From: an uncultured Solirubrobacterales bacterium
GTDB taxonomy: Bacteria > Actinomycetota > Thermoleophilia > Solirubrobacterales > 70-9
Assembly (NCBI GenBank): GCA_963795295.1
Contig: CAWCHE010000001.1
Location: 557,389 to 621,388 of the forward strand
Length of the DNA stretch: 64,000 nt
Reading direction: 5' to 3'
Part shown: piece after piece, positions 30,161-39,563 of the stretch
How the letters are laid out: each line of letters begins with the position of its first letter
Numbering within the stretch: position 1 is the first letter of the stretch
Translations under genes and position numbers: made by a program
Notes under the pieces: model-generated
The model's database searches: none
What the model saw: the letters and a program-made list of their open reading frames with translations, nothing else
What the model was told of the DNA's origin: nothing

Positions 30161-31702
30161 GTGTCGGGCTACCTGCGCCGCCTGGCGACCACGGGGGCCG
30201 CCTACACGGCGGCGAGCGTCTTCTCGAAGCTGATCGCGGTCGCCCTGCTGCCGCTCTACACGCGCTACCTGACGCCCGCCGACTACGGCGCCGCCGAGGT
30301 CATGTTCGCCGCGGTGGTCGCCGCCAGCATCATCGTCCGCCTCGGCACGATCGAGGCGCTGCTCCGCTTCTACTACAAGGACGGCGAGGACCCGGCGGCC
30401 GTCGTCTCGACCTCGTTCGCCGCCCTCTTCTGGCTCGCGACCGCCGCGGCGCTGCTGGCCCTGCCGCTGGCGGGCCCGATCTCCGAAGCCCTGCTCGTCC
30501 ACCCCGACCCCGAACTCGCCCGGATCGCGATCGGCGGCCTCTGGGTGCTGACCCTCTACGAGTACCTGCTCACCCTCTTCCGCCTCGAGGAGCGGGCCCG
30601 CGCCTACTTCACGACGACGCTGCTCAGCGTCCTCAGCGCGATCGGGCTGACGGTGATCCTCGTCGTCGGCCGCGATGAGGGCGCCCGCGGGCTGCTGCTC
30701 GGCAGCTACGCGAGCGGCGCCGCCTTCGTCCTCGGCCTGATCCTCGTCCACCGCCGCCGGCTCTCGCTCCGCTTCGACTCCGGCCTCCTGCGCCGGCTGA
30801 TGCGCTTCGGCCTGCCGACGATGCCGGCCGAGCTCTCCCTCTACCTGCTCAACTTCGTCGACCGGATCATCCTCGTCCGCGCCGCCGGCCTCGCGGAGGC
30901 GGGGCTCTACTCGCTGGCGGTCAAGTTCGCCCAGGGGGTCAACGTCCTCGTCCGCGGCTTCCAGCTCGCCTGGCCCCCGATCGCCTACTCGATCCGCGAC
31001 GACGACGAGGCGCGCCGCGCCTACGCCGCTGTCGTCACCTGGTTCGTCGCCGGCTGCGCCTTCGTCGTCACCGCGATGTGGCTCTTCTCGCGTTGGATCG
31101 TGAGGCTGCTGGCCGCGCCGGAGTTCTACGGCGCCCACGAAGCGATCGGCCTGATCGCCACCGGGGTCACCCTCTACGCCCTCTACATGGTGCTGCTCGT
31201 GATCCTCGGCAGAACGGGCCGGACCGAGTTCAACTTCCCGGCGACGGGAGCCGCTTTGGTCGCCAACGTCGCGCTCAACCTCGCCCTCGTCCCGCCGCTC
31301 GGCATCGTCGGCGCCGGGCTCGCGCTGGTCGCCTCCTACGTCGTCGTCGTCGCCCTGATGTACGTCTTCACCCAGCGCCTCTTCCCGGTCCCCTACGAAT
31401 GGGGCCGCCTGCTCCGGGTCCTGCTCTTCTCGGCGGCGCTGGTCGGCCTCGGGGAATGGCTGGCCCCGACCGAGGGCCTCGTCGGCCTCCTCGCCCGCGG
31501 CGCGCTCTGGCTCGCCTACCCGCTCGCCCTCCTCCTCGGCGGCTTCTTCACGGCGGAGGAGCGGGGGTGGCTGGCGATGCTGCGCCACCCGGTCGACCTG
31601 TTCGAGCGAGTCCGCGCCGCTACCGAACGCGAAGCCGCGGTGGACGGGTCGATCCCCGCCGCGAACGAGGCCGAGCTGCTCGACGAGGACATGCGCGCCT
31701 GA
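30161..31702 (+). CDS. Wzx-type polysaccharide flippase (MOP superfamily)
   Basis: 513 aa, about 14 TM helices, in a polysaccharide cluster. N-terminal segment GAAYTAASVFSKLIAVALLPLYTRYLTPADYG is typical of PST-family flippases. Confidence 0.8.
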   Translation: MSGYLRRLATTGAAYTAASVFSKLIAVALLPLYTRYLTPADYGAAEVMFAAVVAASIIVRLGTIEALLRFYYKDGEDPAAVVSTSFAALFWLATAAALLALPLAGPISEALLVHPDPELARIAIGGLWVLTLYEYLLTLFRLEERARAYFTTTLLSVLSAIGLTVILVVGRDEGARGLLLGSYASGAAFVLGLILVHRRRLSLRFDSGLLRRLMRFGLPTMPAELSLYLLNFVDRIILVRAAGLAEAGLYSLAVKFAQGVNVLVRGFQLAWPPIAYSIRDDDEARRAYAAVVTWFVAGCAFVVTAMWLFSRWIVRLLAAPEFYGAHEAIGLIATGVTLYALYMVLLVILGRTGRTEFNFPATGAALVANVALNLALVPPLGIVGAGLALVASYVVVVALMYVFTQRLFPVPYEWGRLLRVLLFSAALVGLGEWLAPTEGLVGLLARGALWLAYPLALLLGGFFTAEERGWLAMLRHPVDLFERVRAATEREAAVDGSIPAANEAELLDEDMRA

Positions 31703-31721
31703 GCCCCGACTCCGCCTCGCT

Positions 31722-31758
31722 CATCAAGTTCTCCACGCCTCACATGGAGAACTTGATG
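31722..31758. terminator. Perfect 13-bp hairpin between convergent genes (putative bidirectional terminator)
   Basis: CATCAAGTTCTCC (31722-31734), an 11-nt loop, then GGAGAACTTGATG (31746-31758). It lies between the wzx stop (31702) and the convergent GT2 stop (31767). Confidence 0.6.
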
Positions 31759-31766
31759 GGCGCGCT

Positions 31767-32678
31767 TTAGATGCGGCCCTCGGCCCTGTCGCGGATCGAC
31801 TCGCCGCGGCCGGGGAATAGCGCCTGGCGGGCGTGGGCCCGGTAGACCGCGGCCGGGTGGCCCGGAATGACCGTTGCCACCAGCGCCCGCACGGCGTAGG
31901 ACCAGGCGGTCAGGACACGGACCGCGAACGCCGCCGGCCGCGAGTGGTGCTTTCTCATGTAGAGATCGCGGTTGCGGTGGAACTCGACGATCCGCGGCAG
32001 CCCGGCCCCGAGGTCGGTCGAGAGCTGGTCGTGGTGGACGGCCTCGGCGGCGGGGACGAGAAGGGTATGACGGCCGCCATCGGCGAGGCGCTTGCAGAAG
32101 TCGCACTCGTCGTAGTAGACGAAGAACTCCGGGTCGAGGTAGCCGACCGCCGCCGCCGCCTCACGCCTCACCATCAGGGCGCTCGACTGGGCCCAATCGA
32201 CGCGCCTGGTCACCTGGCCGCCGCTCTGGACGGTGAGGAGGCGGTGGAGGAAGAGCGCTCCGGCGAGGGCGGTGCCGACCCCGGGGAAGCGCCAGGCGCA
32301 GGGGACGGGACTGCCGCCCGAGTCGAGCAGCTGGGCTCCGGCCGCGGCGGCCGTGGGGTCGGCCTCGAGCGCCGCGACCAGCGCCGCCGCCGCACCCGGT
32401 TGCAGCTCGGAGTCCTCGTTGAGGAGCAGGCAGTAGCGCCCGCGCGCCTCGCGCAGCAGAGTCGAGTCGTTCTCCGCCTTGCCGACCCGCCGCTCGAGCG
32501 CGAGCAGGCGGATCTCGCCGCCAAGCGAGACAACCGCCTCGGCCGAGCCGTCGTCGGAGGCGTTGTCGAGGACGAGCACCTCGCTCTCCAGATCGTCGGG
32601 ATCGGTGCGCTCGATCGCGTCGAGGCAGGCCAGCAGGTCCTCGCGGCCGTTCGTGTTCACCACGCAGTAGGAGAGCAT
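31767..32678 (-). CDS. Family 2 glycosyltransferase
   Basis: Internal ATG gives MLSYCVVNTNGREDLLACLDAI...LVLDNASDDGS...LLLNEDSEL (DxD-like ED motif), a GT-A fold pattern. The longest ORF extends to 32744. Confidence 0.85.
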   Translation of the reverse strand: MLSYCVVNTNGREDLLACLDAIERTDPDDLESEVLVLDNASDDGSAEAVVSLGGEIRLLALERRVGKAENDSTLLREARGRYCLLLNEDSELQPGAAAALVAALEADPTAAAAGAQLLDSGGSPVPCAWRFPGVGTALAGALFLHRLLTVQSGGQVTRRVDWAQSSALMVRREAAAAVGYLDPEFFVYYDECDFCKRLADGGRHTLLVPAAEAVHHDQLSTDLGAGLPRIVEFHRNRDLYMRKHHSRPAAFAVRVLTAWSYAVRALVATVIPGHPAAVYRAHARQALFPGRGESIRDRAEGRI

Positions 32679-32709
32679 TGGCTCCACGCCGCCACGATAA
32701 TCGGCCTCG

Positions 32710-33825
32710 ATGCACGTACAGCTGGTCGATCCTTCGGCGTTCACGCCACCCTACGACCGCTCCCTGGCGGCGGCGCTCGCCGCCGAGGGCGCCGAGGTCG
32801 AGCTGCTGACCAGCCGCTTCTCCTACGGCCCGGTCCCCGAGGCCCGCGGCTATCGGGTCGAGGAGCTCTTCTACCGCGGCAGCTCCCGCCGCGATCCCGG
32901 CGGCCTCGGCCGCCGCGCGGCCAGGCTCGCGGAGCACCTGCCGGGGATGCTGCGCCTGCGCCGCGCGACCCGGCGGGCGGACGTCGTCCACTACCAGTGG
33001 CTGGCGGTCCCGTCGCTCGACGCCCGCCTCCTGCCGCCGGCGCGGCCGCGGGTGATGACCGCCCACTACATCCTGCCGCCGCGCCCGACCAGGCGCCAGG
33101 TCGCGAGCGCGCGCCGCCTCTTCGGGCGCATGGACGCGGTCATCGCCCACTCCGAGCACGGCGCCGCCCGCCTGCGAGAGGAGGTCGGCCTCGACCCCGC
33201 CCGGGTCAGGACGATCCCCCACGGCGCCTTCGACTACCTGACCCGGCTGCCCTCCGAGATGCCGCTGCCGCCGGAGCTCGAGGGCGCCACGGGACCGGTG
33301 ATCCTCTTCTTCGGCCTGCTGCGCCCGTACAAGGGGATCGACGTCCTGCTCGAGGCCTTCGCGCGGCTGCGCGGCGCCGAGCTCTGGGTCGTCGGCAACC
33401 CCCGCATGGACATCGAGCCGCTGCGGGCGCTCGCCGCTGACGCCCCGGGCCGGGTCCGCTTCCTGCCGCGCTTCGTCGAGGACGCCGAGATCCCGGCGAT
33501 CATGCGCCGCGCCGACGTGCTGGTCCTGCCCTACCGCGATATCGAGCATTCGGGAGTCCTCTACGCGGGGCTCGCCTTCGGCAAGCCGATCGTCCTCAGC
33601 GCCGTCGGCGGCTTCCCCGAGGTGGCGGCGACCGGCGCGGCGCGCCTCGTCCCGCCCGAGGACGCGGCGGCGCTGGCCGCCGCCCTCGCCGAGCTGATCG
33701 ATGACGAGGGCGCCCGCGAGGAGCTGGCGGCCGCGGCGCGAGCGGTGGCCGCCGCCGGCCCCCACTCCTGGCCGGCGATCGCGGCGCAGACGATCGACCT
33801 CTACGAGGAGCTGCTGGCGCGATGA
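32710..33825 (+). CDS. GT-B fold glycosyltransferase (GT4 family)
   Basis: 371 aa. C-terminal block FLPRFVEDAEIPAIMRRADVLVLPYRDIEHSGVLYAGLAFGKPIV is the GT4 E-x7-E region. Confidence 0.85.
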   Translation: MHVQLVDPSAFTPPYDRSLAAALAAEGAEVELLTSRFSYGPVPEARGYRVEELFYRGSSRRDPGGLGRRAARLAEHLPGMLRLRRATRRADVVHYQWLAVPSLDARLLPPARPRVMTAHYILPPRPTRRQVASARRLFGRMDAVIAHSEHGAARLREEVGLDPARVRTIPHGAFDYLTRLPSEMPLPPELEGATGPVILFFGLLRPYKGIDVLLEAFARLRGAELWVVGNPRMDIEPLRALAADAPGRVRFLPRFVEDAEIPAIMRRADVLVLPYRDIEHSGVLYAGLAFGKPIVLSAVGGFPEVAATGAARLVPPEDAAALAAALAELIDDEGAREELAAAARAVAAAGPHSWPAIAAQTIDLYEELLAR

Positions 33826-34955
33826 CCGTCGTCGCGATCCTCTTCTGGCTGAGCGCCGGCCTGATCCTCTACGCCCACCTCGGCTATCCGCTGGTCCTCG
33901 CCGCGCTCGTCCGGCTCCTTCGGCCCTGGACGAAGGAGAGGCCCCACCTCGCGGACCCCGAGCCGCGGGTCAGCCTGATCGTCGCCGCCTACGACGAGGA
34001 GGAGGTGATCGCGGCGAAGGTCGCCAACGCGCTGGCGCTCGACTACCCGCGGGACCGGCTCGAGCTGATCGTCGCCTCCGACGGCTCCGGCGACGCGACC
34101 GTCGAGCGGGCCCGGGACGCCGGCGCCGACCACGTCCTCGACCTGCCGCGGGGCGGCAAGGTGATCGCTCAGAACGCCGGCGCCGAGCAAGCCTCCGGCG
34201 AGATCCTCGCCTTCTCCGACGCCAACAGCGCCTGGGAGCCGGGGGCTCTGCGCCGGCTCGTCGACGCCTTTGCCGACCCGGCCGTCGGCTACGCATGCGG
34301 CCAGGTCCGCTTCAGGGACCCCGAGGGGGGCAACCTCGAGGGCGCCTACTGGCGCTACGAGATGGCGGTCCGGGAGATGGAGTCCTCGCTCGCCGGCGTC
34401 ACCGCCGGCAACGGCGCCATCTACGCCGTCAGGCGCGATGCCTTCGCGCCGCTGCCGGCCTCGGGCAGCCACGACCTCTCCTTCCCGTTCGCCCTCGAGA
34501 AGCGCGGGCTGCGCTCGCTCTACGTGCCGGCGGCGCAGGCGGAGGAGAAGATGGTCCCGACGGTGGAGGGGGAGTTCGCCCGCAAACGAAGGATGATGGT
34601 CGGCATCTGGGACATCGTCGTCGGCGAGGGGATGCTGCACCCGCGGGGCTACTCGCCGCTCTACGCCTTCGAGCTCTTCTCCCACCGGCTGCTGCGCTAC
34701 CTGACCCCCTTCCTGCACCTGCTCGCGCTCGCCGCCAACCTCGCCCTGCTCGGCCAAGGGGCCATCTACGCGCTGACCTTCGCCGTCCAGCTCGCCGTGA
34801 TCGCGGCCGCCCTGCTCGGCGCCGCCGTCCCGCTGGCGCCGTTCCGCTTCGCCCGCTACTACGCGCTGACCACGATCTCGATCGCGGCCGGGCTCTGGGA
34901 CCGCCTCCGCCGCGGCGCCCCGGGAGCCTGGGAGAAGGCGGAGGGGACCCGGTAG
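33822..34955 (+). CDS. Family 2 glycosyltransferase, membrane-embedded (processive synthase-like)
   Basis: 377 aa. N-terminal TM helix, VSLIVAAYDEEEVI, SDGSGD, FSDAN (DxD region), a Q/RxxRW-like RKRRMMVGIW, and C-terminal TM helices. Confidence 0.85.
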   Translation: MTVVAILFWLSAGLILYAHLGYPLVLAALVRLLRPWTKERPHLADPEPRVSLIVAAYDEEEVIAAKVANALALDYPRDRLELIVASDGSGDATVERARDAGADHVLDLPRGGKVIAQNAGAEQASGEILAFSDANSAWEPGALRRLVDAFADPAVGYACGQVRFRDPEGGNLEGAYWRYEMAVREMESSLAGVTAGNGAIYAVRRDAFAPLPASGSHDLSFPFALEKRGLRSLYVPAAQAEEKMVPTVEGEFARKRRMMVGIWDIVVGEGMLHPRGYSPLYAFELFSHRLLRYLTPFLHLLALAANLALLGQGAIYALTFAVQLAVIAAALLGAAVPLAPFRFARYYALTTISIAAGLWDRLRRGAPGAWEKAEGTR

Positions 34956-34959
34956 CGAG

Positions 34960-35523
34960 ATGCCCCGCGCCTTCGACATCGCCCTCGCCGCCGCCGCGCT
35001 CGTGGTCCTCTCGCCCGTCCTCCTGATCGCCGCGGTCGCGATCCGGCTCGGCAGCCGCGGCCCGGTCCTCTACCGCCAGCGCCGCGTCGGCCTCGGCGGG
35101 CGAGAGTTCGAGATGCTGAAGCTGCGGACGATGGTCCAGGGCTCCGACCCGGTCGGCGTCGGCACAGTCGTCGGCCGCGAGGACCCCCGCGTCACCGCCG
35201 CTGGCAGGGTCCTGCGGCGGACCTCGCTCGACGAGATCCCGAACCTCGTCAACGTCCTTCGCGGCGAGATGGCGATCGTCGGCCCGCGCCCGACGATCCC
35301 CGCCCAGGTCTCCGAGTACTCGCCCGCCCAGCACCGCCGCCACGAGGTCCTGCCCGGGATCACCGGCTGGGCCCAGGTCCAGGGCCGCGCCGGAATCCCC
35401 TGGGAGGAGCGGATCGAGCTCGACCGCTGGTACGTCGACCACCGCGGTCCCAGGCTCGACGTCCGCATCCTCCTGAAGACGGTCTGGCTGCTCGTCACCG
35501 GCCACGGCCTCGCTCCGGACTAG
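34960..35523 (+). CDS. Undecaprenyl-phosphate sugar phosphotransferase (bacterial sugar transferase family, priming enzyme)
   Basis: 187 aa. RAFDIALAAAALVVLSPVLL, KLRTM, LDEIPNLVNVLRGEMAIVGPRP and PGITGWAQV motifs. Confidence 0.9.
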   Translation: MPRAFDIALAAAALVVLSPVLLIAAVAIRLGSRGPVLYRQRRVGLGGREFEMLKLRTMVQGSDPVGVGTVVGREDPRVTAAGRVLRRTSLDEIPNLVNVLRGEMAIVGPRPTIPAQVSEYSPAQHRRHEVLPGITGWAQVQGRAGIPWEERIELDRWYVDHRGPRLDVRILLKTVWLLVTGHGLAPD

Positions 35524-35543
35524 GGTTGGGCCTCGAGGAATCG

Positions 35544-36330
35544 ATGGCGCCGCTGAAGATCACCTACGTCGGAGGGCCGACCGCACTGCTCGAGGTCGGC
35601 GGCCTGCGGCTGCTGACCGACCCGACCTTCGACCAGGCCGGCCGCCACTACAATTCGGCTGGGGGACCTCCTCGGACAAGCTCCAGGACCCGGCGCTGGC
35701 GCCCTCGCGAGCTGGGCTCGATCGACGCCGTCCTGCTCAGCCACGACCACCACGACGACAACCTCGACGAGGCCGGCCGCGCGATGCTGCCCTCGGCGGG
35801 GACGGTGATCACGACCCCCGCCGGATCCCGCCGCCTCGGCGGCAACTCGCTCGGCCTCGCGCCCTGGGAGCTCGACCACGCTGACCTCACCCGAGGGGGT
35901 CGAGGTGGAGATCACCGCGACCCCCTGCCGCCACGGCCCGCCGCTGAGCCGGCCGATCGTCGGCGAGGTCGTCGGCTTCGTCCTCGAGTGGGAGGGCCAG
36001 CGCGAGGGCGCCGTCTGGATCACCGGCGACACGGTCTACTTCGGCGGCATTCCGAAGGTCGCCGAGCGCTTCGACGTCGGCACCGCGATCGTCCACCTCG
36101 GCGGCGTCCGCTTCCCGATCTCCGGCCCCGCCCGCTACACGATGAACGCGGCCGAGGCGGTCCGTGTCGCCCGCGAGTTCGAGCTGACCACGCTGGTCCC
36201 GCTCCACTACGAGGGCTGGAAGCACTTCCGCCAGCAGCGCCCGGAGGTCGAGAGCGCCTTCGCCGAGGCCGGGATCGAGGACCGCGTCCGCTGGCTCAGC
36301 GCCGCGGAGCCGGTCACGATCGAGGTCTAG
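35544..36330 (+). pseudogene. MBL-fold metallo-hydrolase, three frameshifts as sequenced
   Basis: The gene is read in four pieces. MAPLKITYVGGPTALLEVGGLRLLTDPTFDQAGRHY comes first. An out-of-frame patch follows, where the alternative frame reads FGWGTSSDKLQDPALAP. The frame is then restored at RELGSIDAVLLSHDHHDDNLD. It shifts again near 35885 into ORF 35905-36330 (VEITATPCRHGPP...WITGDTVYF...LHYEGW). Confidence 0.75.
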
Positions 36331-36332
36331 CC

Positions 36333-36878
36333 GTGAGCGGAGGCCTCGAGGTGACCCTGCGGCCCTTCGAGCCCGGCGACGCAGCCGCCGTCCACCGCTG
36401 GTTCAACAACCAGGCCGCGACCAGGACCCTGGTCGTCCAGCGCCAGAGCTTCTCCTTGGAGGAAGCCGAAGCGTGGGTCGCCCGGGCGATGGACGAGGCG
36501 GGCGAGGACCGCAAGTACGCGATCGTCGTCGCCGGGCACGAGGAGCCGGTCGGCTTCACGGCGCTCTACGGGCTCTCCCGCGAGAGCGGCCCCGAGCTGG
36601 GGGCGCTGATCGGCGATGAACTGCGCCGCAGCGGGGTCGGGCGCCGGGCCGAGGCGCTGACGATCGCCAAGGCCTTCGACGAGTTCGGCGCCGACCGGGT
36701 CTACGGGGAGATCCCCGCCTTCAACGAAGCGGCGAAGCGCACCGTCACCGGCCTCGGCTGGCGCTACGTCGAAACCCTGGCCGAGAAGGGCGAGCGCGAC
36801 GGCGAGCCCTTCGAGCTCGAGATCTGGGCCGTCTCCCCCGACGAGTTCCGCGCCGCCGCCGCGGGACTATTGGGGTGA
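36333..36878 (+). CDS. GNAT family N-acetyltransferase
   Basis: GTG at 36333, directly after the MBL stop. The pattern LEVTLRPFEPGDAAAVHRWFNN...YAIVVAGHEEPVGFTAL...RRSGVGRRA...AFDEFGADRVYGEI..FNEAAKR is typical of RimJ/RimL-like GNATs. Confidence 0.8.
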   Translation: MSGGLEVTLRPFEPGDAAAVHRWFNNQAATRTLVVQRQSFSLEEAEAWVARAMDEAGEDRKYAIVVAGHEEPVGFTALYGLSRESGPELGALIGDELRRSGVGRRAEALTIAKAFDEFGADRVYGEIPAFNEAAKRTVTGLGWRYVETLAEKGERDGEPFELEIWAVSPDEFRAAAAGLLG

Positions 36879-37819
36879 GCGCGCCGATCGCAGCCGCCGA
36901 GCTGCTCGACGACCGCGGCGAGGCGGCGGTGAGCGACCACTTCTTCCGCTCGCGCCCGTTTCTGGACGCGGAGGGCGTCACCCACACCCTGCGGATCGAG
37001 GCCGGGGGCGGCGAGCTGCTGGCGCCGCTGATCGTCCGAGAGATCGGCGCCGGGCCCGAGCGCGACGCGATCTCTCCCTACGGGTACCCGGGCTTCGGCT
37101 CGAGCATGGCGACGTCGGTCGACCCGGCCGCCGTCGACCTCGCCCCGTCCGGGCTTGTCAGCGCCTTCATCCGCCACACCCTCGAGGACCCGCCGCCGCT
37201 CGCCGGCGCCCGGCGGCGGGCGCTGGTCCAGATCGCCGACCCGGCGCTGCCCGCCAAGAGCCGGATGAGCGATCGCCAGCAGATCCGCAGGAACGAGCGC
37301 CGCGGTTACGAGCTCCGCCTCGTCCCCGGGCCGGAGACGAGCCCGGGCCAACGGGCCGGCTTCCTCGCCGCCTACGAGCAGACGATGCGCCGCGCCGGCG
37401 CCGGCGAGCGCTACTTCTTCGGCGAGCGCTACTTCGCCCGCATCCTCGAGTCTGACGTCGCCTGGCTGGCGCTGGCGCTGGCTCCCGACGGGGAGGTCGC
37501 GGCGGGCTCGGTCGCCGTCCGCAGCGACGGCTTCCTCCACTACTACCTCAGCGGCAGCGCCGACTCGCACCTGCGCGACTCGCCGATGAAGAGCATCGTC
37601 GCCGCGCTGGTCGAGCTCTCGGCCGAGCTGGCGCTGCCGCTCAACCTCGGCGGCGGCATCGTCGCCGGCGATCGCCTCGAGGAGTTCAAGCGCGGCTTCG
37701 CCAACCGCGAGGAGCCGTGGCACACCTCAGAGCTGGTCTGCGACCGGGACGCCTACGAGCGGCTCTCCGCCGGCCGCGACGCGGGCGACTTCTTCCCGGC
37801 CTACCGGGCCGGGGACTAG
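36875..37819 (+). CDS. FemAB-like/BioF2-like GNAT-fold acyltransferase (uncharacterised)
   Basis: 314 aa. Contains ...SDRQQIRRNERRGYELR...FLAAYEQTMRRAGAGERYFF...HYYLSGSAD...LNLGGG....D.L..FKRGF, which resembles the FemAB-related GNAT families common in exopolysaccharide loci. The family call is tentative. Confidence 0.5.
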   Translation: MSAPIAAAELLDDRGEAAVSDHFFRSRPFLDAEGVTHTLRIEAGGGELLAPLIVREIGAGPERDAISPYGYPGFGSSMATSVDPAAVDLAPSGLVSAFIRHTLEDPPPLAGARRRALVQIADPALPAKSRMSDRQQIRRNERRGYELRLVPGPETSPGQRAGFLAAYEQTMRRAGAGERYFFGERYFARILESDVAWLALALAPDGEVAAGSVAVRSDGFLHYYLSGSADSHLRDSPMKSIVAALVELSAELALPLNLGGGIVAGDRLEEFKRGFANREEPWHTSELVCDRDAYERLSAGRDAGDFFPAYRAGD

Positions 37820-38595
37820 AACTTCGGTTCTTCGGGCGTCGGGCCGGTGAATGTGAAGGCCCGCGGGTCCTCGCCGCCGTACTTGCCCCAGGTCGCCTTG
37901 CCGAAGGCTGCGATCGCTTCGAGGGTCTTCGTGCCCTCGTACTTCTTGCAGCCGAGCAGATTCGTCCAGGTCGTCGCCGCGACTTCGTAGGGCATTTCTT
38001 CGTTCGGGAAGAGCAGCGTCGCCGCGTACATCGTTTCGTAGAGGCCCTTCAGTTCGAGCTGGGCGTCTTCGGGAAGGTCGGGGCTGTACTGGATCTCCAT
38101 CCGCCCGTGCTCGAGCGAGTGGACCATGTCGATCGGCAGCGGCATTTCGCTGTAGGCGCCGTCGGCCTGCTGGAAGGGGGGTTCGACGTGGTTGCCGGAG
38201 GTCGGCGGGTTCGTCTTGTAGTCGGGCGCTTTGGAGCCGGGCGGGATGTGGTGGTGGCCCTCGTCCTTGAGCTTGAGCTGCAGCACGCAGTCGGCGGCCT
38301 TGGCGGCTTTCTGCAGGTTCACCTGGTGGATCGTGGCGAGCTGCGCGCCGGCGCGGTTGTCCGGCTGGATCCCGTTGGTCGAGCCGCTCTGGGTGTTGAT
38401 GTGGGCGCCCCCTGAGCTGCCGCCGCCGCTCGAGGTGATCGCGACCACGATGCCGACGATCACGATCAGGCCGATCACTCCGGCGACGCCGTAGCCGAGC
38501 ATCAGCCGTTTGCGCTCGGAGCCGGCGTGTTTCTTCTCCGCCTCTTCGCGCGCTTCCCGGAGCCGCTCCCTCTCTTCTTCCCTGCGGTTAGCCAT
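37816..38595 (-). CDS. DUF3105 domain-containing membrane-anchored protein
   Basis: 259 aa. N-terminal charged region plus TM helix, then PPTSGNH, VHSLEHGRMEIQYSP and the trailing conserved block typical of DUF3105. Confidence 0.7.
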   Translation of the reverse strand: MANRREEERERLREAREEAEKKHAGSERKRLMLGYGVAGVIGLIVIVGIVVAITSSGGGSSGGAHINTQSGSTNGIQPDNRAGAQLATIHQVNLQKAAKAADCVLQLKLKDEGHHHIPPGSKAPDYKTNPPTSGNHVEPPFQQADGAYSEMPLPIDMVHSLEHGRMEIQYSPDLPEDAQLELKGLYETMYAATLLFPNEEMPYEVAATTWTNLLGCKKYEGTKTLEAIAAFGKATWGKYGGEDPRAFTFTGPTPEEPKF

Positions 38596-38609
38596 GCGGG
38601 TCCGGCAGT

Positions 38610-39521
38610 TTAGTCAGCTTTCGAGAGGGCGTCGTCGCCCGCTCGCTCCCAGGGCCGCGCCGCCTGCAGGGCGCCGAGCACCGCACGGGTAGCCGGCGCC
38701 CGGTTCAGCGCGTAGAAGTGGATCCCCGGCGCCCCTCGGAGCAGAAGCTCCGAGCACTGCTGCGCCGCGAACGCGATCCCGAGCTCGAACTCGGCGCGCT
38801 CGTCCCCTTCGGCGGCTATGAACGCGGCTTCGAGCCGGGACGGGATCGAGGCGTCGCAGAGGTCGCAGATCCGCTTCGTCTGGGCGAAGGTCGCGACCGG
38901 GATGACGCCGGCGAGGATCGGAACGTCGATCCCGATTTCGCGGGCGGCGGCGACGAAGTCGAAGTAGACCTGGTTGTCGAAGAAGAGCTGGGTGATCAGG
39001 AACGACGCCCCCGACTCGACCTTCGTCTTCAGGTAGGCGAGGTCCGTCTCCAGGTTTGGGGCCTCGGGGTGGACCTCGGGGAAGCAGGCGCCGCCGACGG
39101 TGAAGTCCCAGCCCTCGGTGATGAACTCGGAGAGCTCGGCGGCGCTGCCGAGCCCGCCCTCGGGCTGGACGAAGTCGGATTCACCCCGCGGCGGGTCGCC
39201 CCGCAGCGCGAAGACGTTCTCGATCCCGGCCGCCTGGATCCGGTCGAGCGTCTCGCCGAGCCCCTCCCGGGTCTCGCCGACGCAGCTGAGGTGCGCCATC
39301 GTCTCGAAGCCGTGCTCGTCCTTCAGCGCCCGGGTGATCTCGACCGTCCCCTCGCGGGTGCCGCCCCCGGCGCCGTAGGTGACCGAGACGAAGTCGGGCT
39401 CGAGCTCACGCAGCGAGCGGGCGGTGGCGTAGAGCTGCTCGGTCGCCTCCTCGGACTTGGGAGGGAAGAACTCGACCGAGAAGGTCGGCCGCTCTGAGGC
39501 GATGATTTCGTCGATGCGCAT
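38610..39521 (-). CDS. metF: Methylenetetrahydrofolate reductase
   Basis: MRIDEIIASERPTFSVEFFPPK...VTYGAGGGTR...LRGDPP...ITQLFFD. ATG at 39521 is preferred over the TTG at 39539. Confidence 0.92.
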   Translation of the reverse strand: MRIDEIIASERPTFSVEFFPPKSEEATEQLYATARSLRELEPDFVSVTYGAGGGTREGTVEITRALKDEHGFETMAHLSCVGETREGLGETLDRIQAAGIENVFALRGDPPRGESDFVQPEGGLGSAAELSEFITEGWDFTVGGACFPEVHPEAPNLETDLAYLKTKVESGASFLITQLFFDNQVYFDFVAAAREIGIDVPILAGVIPVATFAQTKRICDLCDASIPSRLEAAFIAAEGDERAEFELGIAFAAQQCSELLLRGAPGIHFYALNRAPATRAVLGALQAARPWERAGDDALSKAD

Positions 39522-39540
39522 GGCCTGAGGGTAAGCCAAA

Positions 39541-39563
39541 GCCGCCCCCGGACGCGGGGGCGG
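39541..39563 (-). terminator. GC-rich hairpin followed by a T-rich tract on the minus strand (terminator of the sugar-porter gene)
   Basis: CCGCCCCC (39542-39549) pairs with GGGGGCGG (39556-39563). The minus-strand continuation is CTTTGGCTT. A second 12-bp hairpin (39615-39626 with 39647-39658) spans the MFS stop codon. Confidence 0.55.

Noticed and set aside
35526-36878. 450-aa multidomain MBL-GNAT protein.
   Set aside because: This is a chimeric ORF created by frameshifts. The MBL gene finishes in another frame at 36330, and the GNAT gene has its own GTG at 36333.
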